Positions 29,339-40,617 are shown, counted from the first letter of the stretch. The stretch: DNA of 64,000 bases from an uncultured Chloroflexia bacterium (GCA_963724295.1 CAVRUC010000013.1:288001-352000); one strand, 5' to 3'. Notes: a model not told the origin generated them from the letters alone. Program-made: numbers and translations.

Positions 29339-30604
29339 GTGCAATCAGTTGTCGTCGTTGGCGGCGGGATCATCGGGCTCAGCACCGCCTTCGCCCTGCA
29401 CCGGCGCGGCGTGGCGGTCACGGTGCTCGACGCGGGGCCGGCCGAGCGCGCCGCCTCGCACGTCAACGCCGGCTGGATCGTACCCACCCTTGCCGAGCCG
29501 GTCCCGTCACCGGGGCTGATCGCGACGTCCCTGAGATGGATGCTCCGCTCCGATAGCCCGCTCTACATCCGGCCCCGGCTCGATCCGGCCTTCCTGCGCT
29601 GGACGCTCCGCTTCTGGCGCCACTGCAACGCGCGCGACTTCCTCGCCGGCACCGAGGCGATCGCCGCCTTTGGCGCGCGTTCGCTGGCTCTCTACGATGC
29701 GATGCGCGAGGCAGGCGTGCGCTACGAGGAGCACCGCGACGGTCTCCTCTTCGCTTACCGCACCACCGGGGCCCTCGCTCATGACTACGCCGCCCTGGAG
29801 CCGGTCCGCCAGTTCGGATTCGAGATCTCGCCGATCATGAGCGGGGACGAACTGCGCGCCCTGGAGCCGTCGCTTTCAGACAAGGTCAGTGGCGGCTACT
29901 GGCTGCCGCAGGAGCGCTCGGTGCGGCCGGATACGCTCGTGCGCGGGCTGAGCGACTACCTCCAGGAGCAAGGGGTCGACGTGCGCCGGGATACGCCGGT
30001 CGGCGGAATCGAGAGCAACGGCGGAAAGGCGACCGCCGTCTTCGCCGGGGGACAGCGCATCCCCGCCGAGACGGTCGTCATCGCCGCCGGAGCCTGGACA
30101 CCGCGCCTCCTCAAACCGCTGCGGGTGCGTGTTCCGATCGAGGCCGGCAAGGGGTACAGCATCGATCTTGCTCCAGCGCCGGCTCTCCCTGAGCCGGTGC
30201 GGAGACCGCTCTACCTGCACGAGACGCGGGTCGCCATTACCCCGTTGCACGACATGATCCGCCTTGCCGGGACGATGGAGCTCTCGGGGCTGAACCACGA
30301 TGTGCGCCAGGAGCGGGTCGCGGCTATCGCCCGCTCGGCGGCATGGGCCATCCGTGGCTGGCCGGAGCAGACGCCGACCTCCGGACCCGGCGTGCGCGTC
30401 TGGAACGGACCGCGGCCAATGACTCCGGACGGCCTCCCGGTCATCGGCCGGGTGCCGGGGTACCGCAACCTGCTCGTGGCCAGCGGCCACGCCATGCTCG
30501 GCGTGACGCTCGCTCCCGCTACCGCCGAAGCCGTCGCCGAGCTGATCACCACCGGCCACGAACCAGACGTGATCGCTCCCTTCGATCCTGCTCGCTTCGG
30601 GTGA
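29339..30604 (+). CDS. D-amino acid dehydrogenase-like FAD oxidoreductase
   Basis: GGGIIG, ASHVNAG, GKGYS, GPRPMTPDGLP and GHAMLG motifs. Confidence 0.9.
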   Translation: MQSVVVVGGGIIGLSTAFALHRRGVAVTVLDAGPAERAASHVNAGWIVPTLAEPVPSPGLIATSLRWMLRSDSPLYIRPRLDPAFLRWTLRFWRHCNARDFLAGTEAIAAFGARSLALYDAMREAGVRYEEHRDGLLFAYRTTGALAHDYAALEPVRQFGFEISPIMSGDELRALEPSLSDKVSGGYWLPQERSVRPDTLVRGLSDYLQEQGVDVRRDTPVGGIESNGGKATAVFAGGQRIPAETVVIAAGAWTPRLLKPLRVRVPIEAGKGYSIDLAPAPALPEPVRRPLYLHETRVAITPLHDMIRLAGTMELSGLNHDVRQERVAAIARSAAWAIRGWPEQTPTSGPGVRVWNGPRPMTPDGLPVIGRVPGYRNLLVASGHAMLGVTLAPATAEAVAELITTGHEPDVIAPFDPARFG

Positions 30605-31908
30605 GCGCGGTACGCGGTTGGATCCAGCATTGGCCACCGAGCGGAATCTGGCGTTCACCGGCCTACGTCAGGATCTGGGGCGCCAGCGTCATCTCCGCAC
30701 TGGGCAGCGCCATCACAGGGATCGCGCTGCCCCTTCTCGCCGCGCTGACCTTGAGCGCCACCCCCTTTCAGATGGGGCTCCTGATTGCGTCGGAGACCGT
30801 TCCGATTCTGCTCTTCGGACTGCCCACCGGCGTCTGGGTCGACCGCCGTCCCAAGCGGCCGGTGATGATTGCGGCCGACATCGGCCGGGCAGCGCTCTTG
30901 CTCCTGGTGCCGGTGGCCGCCTGGCTCGGCGTGCTGCGCATCGAGCAGTTGCTGGTCATCGCGTTCCTGGTCGGCACGCTCTCTGTGTTCTTCGAGATTG
31001 CCTCGCAGTCGTACCTGCCGGTCATCCTTTCCACTGAGGATCTGACTGCGGGCAATGCCCGCCTCCACACCGGATGGGCCATCGCCGAGATTGGCGGTCC
31101 GGGTTTGGCCGGCTGGCTGACGCAGATTTTTTCCGCGCCGATCGCCATCCTGGTCGATGGGGTCTCCTACATCGCTTCGGCGGTGCTCCTGGTCGGCATT
31201 CGTGCACCGGAACCCTCCCCGAGCAAATCGCTCCAGGGCTCGCAACCGAGTTTCCGGCAAGAGCTCGAGGAGGGGTTGCGCGTCGTTGCGGGCAACCCGA
31301 TCTTGCGCGCCACCGCCGCCGCGACCGGTCTCTGGAATCTCTTCGCCGGAGCGCGCACAGCCGTCATGATCCTCTTCCTGACGCGCATAGCGGGGCTCCA
31401 GGCGGCCGCGGTCGGCGTCATGTTTACGCTTGGCGCCGTCGGGTTTCTGATCGGGTCGTTGCTGCCAGAGCGGATGGCCCGTCGTTTTGGGCTGGGCCGG
31501 GCGATCCTCCTCGGTATCGTCCTGGCGGTCCCTAGCGAGCTGCTCGTAGCGTTCGCGAGCGGACCGCCGGCGGTTGCCGCAGTGATCGCGGGGACCGGGT
31601 TCTTCCTCACGGGATTGACGATCCCCACCTACGACGTCAATCAATTCAGCCTGCGCCAGGCCGTCACCCCGTTGCGTCTTCAGGGCCGGGTGAGCGCCAC
31701 GATGCGCACCCTGATCCGGGGTGTCATACCGATCGGGGCGCTCCTGGGAGGTCTTCTGGCGGAGCGGATCGGATTGCGCGAGGTGATGATCGTCTCGGCC
31801 CTTGGCGGTCCCGCCGCCTTCGTGGCGATCTGGTTTTCACCGGTACGCTCACTCCTGGCGCCCCCGCCACGACAGGAAGAGGTTGACGGGGCCCAGATTC
31901 TCCTATAA
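30601..31908 (+). CDS. MFS transporter (macrolide-efflux / DHA3-like)
   Basis: About 12 TM segments, GVWVDRRPKRPVMI and LQGRV motifs; GTGA overlap with upstream stop. Confidence 0.9.
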   Translation: MSAVRGWIQHWPPSGIWRSPAYVRIWGASVISALGSAITGIALPLLAALTLSATPFQMGLLIASETVPILLFGLPTGVWVDRRPKRPVMIAADIGRAALLLLVPVAAWLGVLRIEQLLVIAFLVGTLSVFFEIASQSYLPVILSTEDLTAGNARLHTGWAIAEIGGPGLAGWLTQIFSAPIAILVDGVSYIASAVLLVGIRAPEPSPSKSLQGSQPSFRQELEEGLRVVAGNPILRATAAATGLWNLFAGARTAVMILFLTRIAGLQAAAVGVMFTLGAVGFLIGSLLPERMARRFGLGRAILLGIVLAVPSELLVAFASGPPAVAAVIAGTGFFLTGLTIPTYDVNQFSLRQAVTPLRLQGRVSATMRTLIRGVIPIGALLGGLLAERIGLREVMIVSALGGPAAFVAIWFSPVRSLLAPPPRQEEVDGAQILL

Positions 31909-31977
31909 AGCCTCAGAATGCTTTGGTGAAACGGGAGAGAACTCTCACTGCGTGGGGCGACATGATCACACATTTCC

Positions 31978-32958
31978 TCACGCAGCCAAATTGTCATGGG
32001 ACAGCTCCAGCCACGCGACTTCATCCGGGGTAAGGGCAATCGCGATGGCTTCGAGGTTCGCCGCGAACTCGGCTCCAGTCCGGCATCCCACAATCGCGAA
32101 GATGTTCAGCGGCTGACTCATGACATAGGCGGTCGCGATCTGAGGGATTGTCAGGCCCTTCATCTTGGCCAGTTCGCGAGCGCGATCGAGGCGCCTGAAG
32201 TTCTCTTCAGAGCAGTAGGTCTCGACGCAAAGGCGGTCGAGTCCGTCTTCGAATTGATCGAGCTCGTTGCGCTGGAACCGGCCCGAGAAAAAGCCACCTG
32301 CCAAACTCGACCATGTAATCAGTGGCATTCCCTGGCTTGCATACCAGTCGCGATCGGCCCGGCCGTTCTCGCCACTGATGCTCACGCAATTTGGCCAGGG
32401 CGGTCTAATCTGTTCGGCAAGGCTAAAGTTTGGGCTGCTCGCGACAAAAGGGACCAGGCCGTTAGCCGCGGCATAGCTATTGGCCTCTTGAATCCGCTCC
32501 ACGCTCCAGTTCGAGCCGCCAAAGGCGCCGATCTTTCCCGCCTGGAGGTGCTCGTTCAGCACGGTGACGATGGGCCCGACCGGCACTGTCGGGTCATCGC
32601 GGTGCAGCAGGTAGAGCTCGATTCGTTCGGTCTTGAGCCGTGCCAGCGAGTCGTGCAGATCAGCCGTAATGTCGAACGGTGTCACCCGCTGCCGATCCTC
32701 GTTGTGATGCGCGCCTTTGCCAATAATCACGATTTGGTCGCGCACGCCCCGCTCCGCCATCCATCCACCGAAGGTTCGCTCGCTATCGCCGAGGCCATAG
32801 CCATGCGCCGTATCAAACGTCTGGCAACCGAGATCAAACACCTCGTCGAGCAGCCTATAGCTCCCCTCGATATTCTCGGAGCTGATCATTACCGTCCCCT
32901 GCACGAGCCGCGACACCGGCTTGTCAACTCCTGGGATCGTCCCATACTGCATTCCCAT
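31978..32958 (-). CDS. Aldo/keto reductase
   Basis: FDTAHGY, LYLLHRDD, GGSNW and WSSLAGG motifs. Confidence 0.92.
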   Translation of the reverse strand: MGMQYGTIPGVDKPVSRLVQGTVMISSENIEGSYRLLDEVFDLGCQTFDTAHGYGLGDSERTFGGWMAERGVRDQIVIIGKGAHHNEDRQRVTPFDITADLHDSLARLKTERIELYLLHRDDPTVPVGPIVTVLNEHLQAGKIGAFGGSNWSVERIQEANSYAAANGLVPFVASSPNFSLAEQIRPPWPNCVSISGENGRADRDWYASQGMPLITWSSLAGGFFSGRFQRNELDQFEDGLDRLCVETYCSEENFRRLDRARELAKMKGLTIPQIATAYVMSQPLNIFAIVGCRTGAEFAANLEAIAIALTPDEVAWLELSHDNLAA

Positions 32959-32962
32959 GACC

Positions 32963-33994
32963 TCAACCTCCGGCCGTCTGCGAACTACTCATTCCGGACT
33001 CAACCGGATAGTGCAACCCCCACTGAGCGCGGATTTCGTCCAACGTCCGCATGATTGACAGACTTTCCTCTAGCGGCATGACAGGGCTCTCGAGCTCGCC
33101 TTCGCGCAGGCACCGCATCACTTCGGCGGCTTCGTAGTTGAAGCCGTTGCCCGCGAGTGCGTGGTGGAACTGCTGCGGCTCCTTGCCCTCGGTTTTGAGC
33201 GTCATGGTGGTCGGCTTGTACCAGGCGGAGTGGATGTTGATTTGCCCGTCTGTACCCATGATCGTCGCGACAGTCGGCGTATCGGTCCGGATCGCGGCGG
33301 AAAGCACGGCAAGCTGCCCTCCTTCATGGCCGAAGATCATTGCTGCCTGTTCGTCGACACCCGTCTCACCGAGATGGGCCATCGAGACAATGCGCGATGG
33401 TCGGCCAAGCACCATCGAGGAGAACGAGACCAGGTACGTTCCGACGTCGAGCAGCGCCCCACCACCGTACGCTGGGCTGAACAAACGATGCGACGGATTC
33501 AACTCCGCGCGGAAACCGAAATCAGCAGAAAGCATCCGCACCTCCCCGATCGCCTTCTCCGCCAGAAGCGCGCGGACCTTTTGCATGACCGGAGTGAACC
33601 GAGTCCACATCGCCTCCATCAAGAAGAGGTTCTGTCGGCGTGCCGCGGCGATCATTTCCTGGGCTTCAGCGGCATTAATGGCCAAAGGCTTTTCGCACAG
33701 CACCGGCTTGCCGGCCGCCAGGCACAGCAAGGTGCAGTCCTTATGGAGCATATGCGGCGTCGCAACGTAGATGACATCGACGAGAGGGTCGTTCGCCAGA
33801 TCCTCGTAGCTGCCATGACAACGACCATGCGAAATATTGAACCGCGCGCCAAACTCCCGCGCAGTCTGCTCCGCTCGCGACCCCACGGCCACAAGTTCCG
33901 CCTCCGGCAGGGCTGCCAATCCCGTCGCGAATAGCGCGGCAATCTTCCCTGTCCCAAGAATCCCCCACCGCACCTTGTCAGACGGCTGCCTCAT
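32963..33994 (-). CDS. Gfo/Idh/MocA family oxidoreductase
   Basis: WGILGTGKIA, CEKP, EAMWTRF and GGGALLDVG motifs. Confidence 0.92.
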   Translation of the reverse strand: MRQPSDKVRWGILGTGKIAALFATGLAALPEAELVAVGSRAEQTAREFGARFNISHGRCHGSYEDLANDPLVDVIYVATPHMLHKDCTLLCLAAGKPVLCEKPLAINAAEAQEMIAAARRQNLFLMEAMWTRFTPVMQKVRALLAEKAIGEVRMLSADFGFRAELNPSHRLFSPAYGGGALLDVGTYLVSFSSMVLGRPSRIVSMAHLGETGVDEQAAMIFGHEGGQLAVLSAAIRTDTPTVATIMGTDGQINIHSAWYKPTTMTLKTEGKEPQQFHHALAGNGFNYEAAEVMRCLREGELESPVMPLEESLSIMRTLDEIRAQWGLHYPVESGMSSSQTAGG

Positions 33995-34091
33995 CAGTGC
34001 CCCCAGCTTGTTGCACCTATGTATGCCGAATGTTGTCGCTCCTCAGCGAGGAGCGAAGTGCGGCCCTGGCCATGGTCTGGACTGCGCCCGC

Positions 34092-34121
34092 GGGCGACGC
34101 ACCTGCAGGTGTCGCCCCTAC
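34092..34121. repeat. GTAG-type REP-like palindrome
   Basis: Minus strand GTAG-GGGCGAC-acctgcaggtgc-GTCGCCC. Confidence 0.55.
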
Positions 34122-34210
34122 TGGCGACTCTCGACACTGTTGCCGTGACCCTCCGGGTGCCCCAGCGTGCCTGTATTCTTCTCGACTCCTCGACTTCTCG
34201 ACCTCTCGAC

Positions 34211-35320
34211 TCATAACGGCGCGGGCCGCTCGCACGTACTGGCGATCTCGACGTGCCGGCCCTCGCGGGAGGCGGTCTCGACGGCGTGCATCACCTCGAG
34301 GACATGGTAGGCCATCTCGCCACTGGCCCGGTGCGATACGCCGCTGCGCAGGCCGGCGGCCATGTCGGCCAGACCGAGCCCGCGGCTGTTCCTGGTGTAG
34401 GGTCGCGTCACCGGAACATCGCGCCAGATAACGCTGCCCGCCCCGCGCATGCGCACGAGTCCGCCGAAGGTGTTGGGATCGGGCAGGCCGAGACTTCCCT
34501 GCGAGCCGTAGATCTCGAGCTTGGGCGCCGCCGTTGCCCAGACGTCGAAGCTGGTGACCAGCGTCGCGATGGGGCCACTCGCGAAGTCGAGCACCGCCGC
34601 CAGGTGCGTGGGGACCTCGACCTTGATTCGCTCCCCGGTCCGTGGCCCGCTGCGGATCGTCCGTTCCGGAGAGGTGACCCGGGCGGAGCCGGTCACGCGC
34701 CGCACCGGGCCCAGCAGCGAGATGAGCGCCGTCAGGTAGTACGGCCCCATGTCGAAGAGCGGGCCGCCACCCGTCTGATAGTAGAAATCCGGCTGGGGGT
34801 GCCACCGCTCGTGACCGGGGATGAGCATGAAGGCGGTCGCCGCCACCGGCTCGCCGATGGCGCCCTCGTCGATGAGCTGGCGACAGGTCTGCAATCCGCC
34901 GCCGAGGAACGTGTCCGGTGCGGCCCCCAGTCGCAAGCCTCGTTCGCGGGCCGTCTCGACCAACCGCTTCCCGTCCGCGAGCGCGATGGCGAGGGGCTTC
35001 TCGTTATAGACGCCCTTGCCGGCATCCAGCGCCGCCTGGGCGACCGGGGCGTGGGCATGCGGGGTCGTGAGATTGAGAACGACCTCGATCGCGGGGTCGG
35101 CGAGCAGCTCGGCGACGGTGCGAACGGCCGGCACGCCGTACTCCGCGGCTCGCTCTGCCGCCCGCTCCGGCGCGATATCGGCGCAGGCAACGATCTCGAA
35201 CTCGGGAAAGAGGGCTGCATTGCGCAGATAGCGGTTGCTGATATAGCCGCAGCCGACCAGCCCGACCCGCACTGGCCGTCTTGCCGTGACCCTCCGGGTG
35301 CCCCCGTCTTGCCGACTCAA
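34211..35320 (-). CDS. Gfo/Idh/MocA family oxidoreductase
   Basis: [20 protein letters not shown] and [11 protein letters not shown] motifs. Confidence 0.92.
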   Translation of the reverse strand: MSRQDGGTRRVTARRPVRVGLVGCGYISNRYLRNAALFPEFEIVACADIAPERAAERAAEYGVPAVRTVAELLADPAIEVVLNLTTPHAHAPVAQAALDAGKGVYNEKPLAIALADGKRLVETARERGLRLGAAPDTFLGGGLQTCRQLIDEGAIGEPVAATAFMLIPGHERWHPQPDFYYQTGGGPLFDMGPYYLTALISLLGPVRRVTGSARVTSPERTIRSGPRTGERIKVEVPTHLAAVLDFASGPIATLVTSFDVWATAAPKLEIYGSQGSLGLPDPNTFGGLVRMRGAGSVIWRDVPVTRPYTRNSRGLGLADMAAGLRSGVSHRASGEMAYHVLEVMHAVETASREGRHVEIASTCERPAPL

Positions 35321-35976
35321 CTGCGCGCCGCCCAGTGCATCCCGCGGCGGACCAGCTCTCGCGCCTCGGGCACGTCGAAATCGGCGGCGACGTGGCCGAG
35401 CGAGCAGTAGAAGACCCGCCCCTCACCCCATTTCCGCTTCCAGACCACCGGCATGACGCAGCCGTCGATCCAGGGCGCGTACTCGCCGCTGAAGGTGGTC
35501 GTGGCCAGGACCTCGTTCGAGGGGTCGACGTGCAGGTAGTACTGCTCGGAGTGCATCGAGAAGTCGTCCAGGCCGGCCGTGATCGGGTCATCACGATTGG
35601 TGATCTGCACCGTGTAGTCGATGATGTTGCCGGGGTGGGCGACCCACTGCCCGCCGACCATGAACTGGTACTCGGTGCTGTTGCGGAAGGAGTCGGCCAT
35701 GCCGCCGTGCCAGCCGGCGACTCCGGTGCCACTGGCAATGGTGTCGAGTAGCCCGCGCAACTGCTCCCTGGTGATCTCGCTCTGCGTCCAGATGGGCACG
35801 ATGAGGTCGGTCTCCCGCAGCAGGTCCGCATCGAGGTAGACGTCGAGCGTCTCGCTGACGGTGACTTCAAAGCCATCGTCCCGCAAGACACCCGCGAAGA
35901 GTGCCGCGCACTCGTGGGGTTGATGCCCCTCCCAGCCGCCCGCGACCAGCAATGCCCGTTTCGCACGATCCGTCAC
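35317..35976 (-). CDS. ThuA-like (trehalose utilisation) domain protein
   Basis: [24 protein letters not shown] and FYCSLGH motifs. Confidence 0.88.
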   Translation of the reverse strand: MTDRAKRALLVAGGWEGHQPHECAALFAGVLRDDGFEVTVSETLDVYLDADLLRETDLIVPIWTQSEITREQLRGLLDTIASGTGVAGWHGGMADSFRNSTEYQFMVGGQWVAHPGNIIDYTVQITNRDDPITAGLDDFSMHSEQYYLHVDPSNEVLATTTFSGEYAPWIDGCVMPVVWKRKWGEGRVFYCSLGHVAADFDVPEARELVRRGMHWAARS

Positions 35977-36225
35977 GTTGCCTGTCGCCTCCCGTATCTC
36001 GCTGTCGTCTTATCTGCCGAGCCGTACATCCGGCGGCATCATCATGCAAGATTTGGGCAGAGGGCGACAGTTGCCAGACTGGTGATTCTCCCGAGATACG
36101 ATGACCTCCAGGTTGGGCAGGAGCAGGGGTAAGGAAGCCCGCTGCCCGCGGGATACACTAGCGCGGGGGTAGCAGCCGCTTCATCACCCGCCCCCACCCT
36201 GGACTCATGGCGCCCGGAGATAGCG

Positions 36226-37344
36226 ATGACCGCGATCGAGAAGACAACCGACTTGCCGCTCAACCTGCACGAGTATGAGGCGGCCGCCCGCGATCTCCTC
36301 TCGCCGATGGCCCTCGGCTATGTCAGCGGTGGTTCCTGCGACGAGGTGACGCTGCGGGCGAACCGGGACGCCTTCGACCGCTGGCGGTTCTTGCCGCGCG
36401 TGATGCGCGGGCTGCGCGAGACCTCCACGGCGACGACGGTGTTGGGCCAGGAGGTCGCGCTGCCGGTGCTGATCGCGCCCTCCGGGCTGCATCGCCTGGC
36501 GCACGACGAGGGCGAGCTGGCGACGATCCGCGGCGCGCACGGCGCCGGCACGATCTACACCATGAGCACTGCCTCCACGGTGCCGATGGACGTCATCAGC
36601 CGGGAGGGTGCGCCATGGTGGTTCCAGCTCTATCTCTTCACCGACCGCGGCATCTCCCGCCACCTTGTCGAGCAAGCGGCGGCGGCGGGCGCCTCGGCGC
36701 TGGTCGTCACCGTCGATGTGCCCATCCTCGGGCGGCGGGAAGCTGACGAACGGAACCGGTTCTCGCTCCCGGACGGACTCGTCATGGCCAACCTGCAGAC
36801 GCCCAAGCACATGCTCATCCCGGCCACCGACGGCGGTTCGGGACTGGCGACGTACATCGGGGCCGTCTGGGAGCCGGCATTGACCTGGGACGATCTCGAC
36901 TGGCTGGCCTCACTCTCGCCTCTGCCGGTGATCCCGAAGGGGATCCTTCATCCGGAGGACGCCGCGCGCGCCTTCGACCACGGTGCGGGGGCGGTGATCG
37001 TCTCCAACCACGGCGGCCGCCAGCTCGATAGCGCGGTCGCCTCGCTGGACGCCCTGCCGGCCGTCGTCGAGGCGGTCGCCGGTCGCGGCGAGATCCTGCT
37101 AGACGGCGGCATCCGTCGCGGTACCGACGTGCTGAAGGCGCTGGCGCTGGGCGCGCGGGCCGTCCTCATCGGGCGGCCGGTCTACTGGGGGCTCGCCGCC
37201 GGTGGCGAGAGCGGGGTGCGGCACATCCTGGAGCTGCTGCGCGCCGAATTGGCGCTCGACCTGATGCTCTGCGGGCTGGCCAGTCCAGCGGAGGTGACGC
37301 GTGAGCTGCTCGTACCGGCGGATACCCTGGTGCAGATGCAATGA
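36226..37344 (+). CDS. FMN-dependent alpha-hydroxy acid oxidase
   Basis: TLRANR, WFQLY, SNHGGRQLD and DGGIRRGTD motifs. Confidence 0.95.
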   Translation: MTAIEKTTDLPLNLHEYEAAARDLLSPMALGYVSGGSCDEVTLRANRDAFDRWRFLPRVMRGLRETSTATTVLGQEVALPVLIAPSGLHRLAHDEGELATIRGAHGAGTIYTMSTASTVPMDVISREGAPWWFQLYLFTDRGISRHLVEQAAAAGASALVVTVDVPILGRREADERNRFSLPDGLVMANLQTPKHMLIPATDGGSGLATYIGAVWEPALTWDDLDWLASLSPLPVIPKGILHPEDAARAFDHGAGAVIVSNHGGRQLDSAVASLDALPAVVEAVAGRGEILLDGGIRRGTDVLKALALGARAVLIGRPVYWGLAAGGESGVRHILELLRAELALDLMLCGLASPAEVTRELLVPADTLVQMQ

Positions 37345-38151
37345 CCGATCTGCAAGCGGTGGCGGCCGAGGCGTTTGCGGTGCTCGATACTGGTCGCCAG
37401 ATCCCCCCGTTTTCTGCGCGTTTTCCTCACTTCGACCTCGACGACGCGTACCGTGTCACCGCGGCCGTGAGGCAGATGCGCGAGGCGCGCGGTGAGACAC
37501 CAGCTGGGGCGCAAGATCGGCTTCACCAATCGCACGATCTGGGACGAATATCAGGTCGGCGCTCCCATGTGGGGATACCTCTACGACCGCACGGTCCACG
37601 ATCTCGGCGATGTGGGGCCGGCCGTTTCGCTCGCGGGTCTGGCCGAGCCGCGGATCGAGCCGGAGATCATCTTCGGGTTAGCGACCGCGCCGGCGCCCGG
37701 CATGGACGAGCGCGCCTTGCTCGGATGCGTCGATTGGGTAGCGCACGGCTTCGAGCTCGTGCAGTCAATCTTTCCGCGCTGGGAATTCACGTTGCCCGAC
37801 ACGGTGGCGGCCTACGGTCTGCACGGCATGCTCATCATCGGTCCCCGGCACCCGATCGGTGACACCGTCGCCGACTGGGAGCGGGACCTCTCGACATTTC
37901 GCATCGATCTCCGGCGCGACGGAGCGGTCGTCGATCAGGGCCGGGCGTCAAATGTGCTGGGCGGACCGGTATCCGCAATGCGGCATCTCGTCGAGGTGCT
38001 GGCCGACGATCCGGTCAATCCGCCACTCGCCGCCGGTGAGATCGTCACCACCGGGACACTGACGCGCGCGTTTCCCATCGCACCGGGTGAAAACTGGGCG
38101 ACCGAGCCGGAGGGCGTCGCCCTCGACGGCATCGCCATCCGCTTCACGTAA
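37341..38151 (+). pseudogene. 2-keto-4-pentenoate hydratase / FAH-family protein (frameshift near 37500)
   Basis: N-terminus in one frame; GRKIGFT, PRIEPEI, VLGGP and VTTGT in the next. Confidence 0.85.
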
Positions 38152-38161
38152 AATTTGCCGC

Positions 38162-38605
38162 TTACGTCCCGCGGGCGATGAGCACCGACGCGCGCGATCG
38201 CTCCGCGACCTCTTCGGCAACGCTGCCGAGCACCAGCCGCTCCAGACCATGGCGGCCGTGAGAGGCAACGACCAGCAGGTCACCAGGTCCGGCGGCATCG
38301 GCCAGTTCCCGCGCCGCGAGCCCGGATCGAACCTGGGTTGTCACTTGCAAACCCTCATCCCGCAACGGTTGCTGCACCGTTTCCAGATACTGTGCGGACT
38401 TTTCCTTCTCGCGAACCATTTCGTCGGAGAGCTCGGCGTACTCTGCCGCGGCCTCATTGGCGCCCCAGTGCACCACGGCCAGGTCCGCTACGCGCACCAG
38501 ATGCAGCGGCAGATTCAGCTGCCGCGCCAGCCCGGCGCCCATGCGGAGCGCGGTCTCCGAGACCTGCGACCCATCCAACCCGACCACGATCCGCTCGAAC
38601 ATCAC
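38162..38605 (-). CDS. Universal stress protein
   Basis: IVVGLDGS and VVASHGRHGLERLVLGSVAE motifs. Confidence 0.93.
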   Translation of the reverse strand: MMFERIVVGLDGSQVSETALRMGAGLARQLNLPLHLVRVADLAVVHWGANEAAAEYAELSDEMVREKEKSAQYLETVQQPLRDEGLQVTTQVRSGLAARELADAAGPGDLLVVASHGRHGLERLVLGSVAEEVAERSRASVLIARGT

Positions 38606-38724
38606 CAGGCTCCTTTAGGGGCGTTCGGCTATCGGCTCATGGCCAAGGCTATTCTCGTCTCGCCGTCTCGCCGTCTTCCGTCTTCTCTACCGACTTCCGA
38701 CTTCCGACTCCGACTCGCACTCCA

Positions 38725-40329
38725 TCAATACGTCCACCCGATCGGCGTGTCGATGATCGTGGGGACATTGCGCGCGCTGGCCTCGATGATGGCCGCTTCC
38801 AGCTCCGCCGGAGAGTTAGCCCGCACGCCGGGGATGCCGTAAGCGGCCGCCAGCTTGAGGAAATCCGGGTTCTCCAGATCGACCGCGATGTAGCGCCGGT
38901 CATAGCGCATCGCCTGGTCCATCTTGACCGCGGTGTAGGTCGAGTCGTTGAAGATCACGATCGGCAGCCCGATTCCAAACTGTTTGGCGGTGGCCAGCTC
39001 GTGCATGGTGAACTGGAAACCGCCGTCGCCGACGATCGAGACCACCACCTTGTCGGGTTGCGCGATCTTGGCGCCGATGGCCGCGGGCATGGAAAACCCG
39101 AGGGTGAGATAGCCAGCCGGAACGAGGAATGTGCGCGGCGCGTAGGCCGGGTAGTGCTTGGCGGCGGCGTACGACATCATGGTCGTGTCGTTGACCAGGA
39201 TGCCGTCGCGGGGGATGGCCCGGCGCAGGGCGGCGACATACTCCGCGTTCTCCCCGCCGAAGGCCATCTCCAGCGCCTTCGCGCGCACCGTGGCGATCTC
39301 CTCCGGTCGCCAGCCATCGTTGCAGACGCCGGCAGCCGCCAGGGCCTCGTTCAGCGCCTCAGCCGTCTTGCGCGCGTCGGCGACGATCGCGCGGCTGGGG
39401 CGGTAGTTGCGTTCGACCTCCTCGGGATCGATATCGACCCGGATCAGGGTCGCCGGCAGCCGCATCGCCCCATCCTCGGTCTCAGAGCCGCCGAGTTTGG
39501 TGCCGAAGACGAGAACCGCATCGGCCTTCCGCAACATGGCGTCGACCGCGTTGCCCTGCCCCCACAGATTGCCGATCGCGTACGGGTGATCTTCGGGGAT
39601 GACGCCTTTTCCCGTCTGGGAGACGATCACCGGCGCCCCGAGCCGCTCGGCGATGGCGGCGATGCCGGCTCCAGCGTCAGCCGTCGCCGCGCCACCGCCG
39701 GCGATGATCGCCACGCGCTTCGCCCTGGCGATCTCCTCGACCGCGCCCGCGATCTGCTCGGCGGCCGGTCCGGGCCGTTCGGCGACGACAGGATCGGGGA
39801 AGGTGATCTCCGCTTCGGTCTCGAGCACGTCGCGCGGGATCTCGACGTAGACGGGACGCGGGCGTGAGGTTGCCAGGCGGAGGAACGCGGCGCCGATGGC
39901 CGGCGCCACCTCGCCGACCGCGGTGGCCTGCGCCTGGGAGGCGGTCACCGGGCGAATAGCCTCGGTCTGATCGCGGATATCGTGGTAGTGCCCCATCATC
40001 TTGCCGCCCCAGCGCTGATCTTCCGCCGAGGCGACGACCAGCAGGGGCGAGGAGTCGGTGTAGGCCTCGCCGACGGCGGTCGCCACGTTCGTGACCCCCG
40101 GACCGGTAATCACCAGCGCCACCCCGGGCTTACCGGAGGCGCGTGCATAGCCATCGGCCATGAATCCCACACCCTGCTCATGGCGACCGAGGATGTGCCG
40201 GATGGGGCCATCGATCAACGCGTCGTAGAGAGCAAGGGTATGCACGCCGGGGATGCCGAAGGCGACCTCGACCCCATGCTCCGCCAGCGAGCGCACCACT
40301 GCCTGCCCGCCCGTCATCCGCTCCACCAT
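38725..40329 (-). CDS. Thiamine-pyrophosphate-dependent enzyme (acetolactate-synthase-like)
   Basis: FGIPG, RHEQG, GPGVTN and GDGGF...FND TPP motif. Confidence 0.93.
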   Translation of the reverse strand: MVERMTGGQAVVRSLAEHGVEVAFGIPGVHTLALYDALIDGPIRHILGRHEQGVGFMADGYARASGKPGVALVITGPGVTNVATAVGEAYTDSSPLLVVASAEDQRWGGKMMGHYHDIRDQTEAIRPVTASQAQATAVGEVAPAIGAAFLRLATSRPRPVYVEIPRDVLETEAEITFPDPVVAERPGPAAEQIAGAVEEIARAKRVAIIAGGGAATADAGAGIAAIAERLGAPVIVSQTGKGVIPEDHPYAIGNLWGQGNAVDAMLRKADAVLVFGTKLGGSETEDGAMRLPATLIRVDIDPEEVERNYRPSRAIVADARKTAEALNEALAAAGVCNDGWRPEEIATVRAKALEMAFGGENAEYVAALRRAIPRDGILVNDTTMMSYAAAKHYPAYAPRTFLVPAGYLTLGFSMPAAIGAKIAQPDKVVVSIVGDGGFQFTMHELATAKQFGIGLPIVIFNDSTYTAVKMDQAMRYDRRYIAVDLENPDFLKLAAAYGIPGVRANSPAELEAAIIEASARNVPTIIDTPIGWTY

Positions 40330-40617
40330 GTTCGTTGTCACTCCTCATGATCCGTGGCCGGCGGCCACCGCTGTACCGCGCACTGATGCGCACGTCACTT
40401 GTGCACCGGCGGTATGACACGCTCGGCAGATGATAGCGGAGCGTTCGTGGGTCGGAAGTCGGGGGTCGGAGGTCGGGTCGAGGTCGGAGGTCGGACGAAG
40501 GTGTCGGGGTGATTACTCGCTACGCTCGTGGTGGCAGGGTGGCGGGGAGAACGATGACCAAAATATCCCTGCCACCCTGCCACCCTGCCACCCTGTGACC
40601 CCGACACCCATCACCCA

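Noticed and set aside
37480..37520. Programmed frameshifting in the hydratase and other split genes
   Set aside because: No slippery heptamer or stimulatory structure seen; scattered indels fit sequencing error better
38338..39867. 509-aa plus-strand ORF
   Set aside because: Antisense shadow of the TPP enzyme and USP genes
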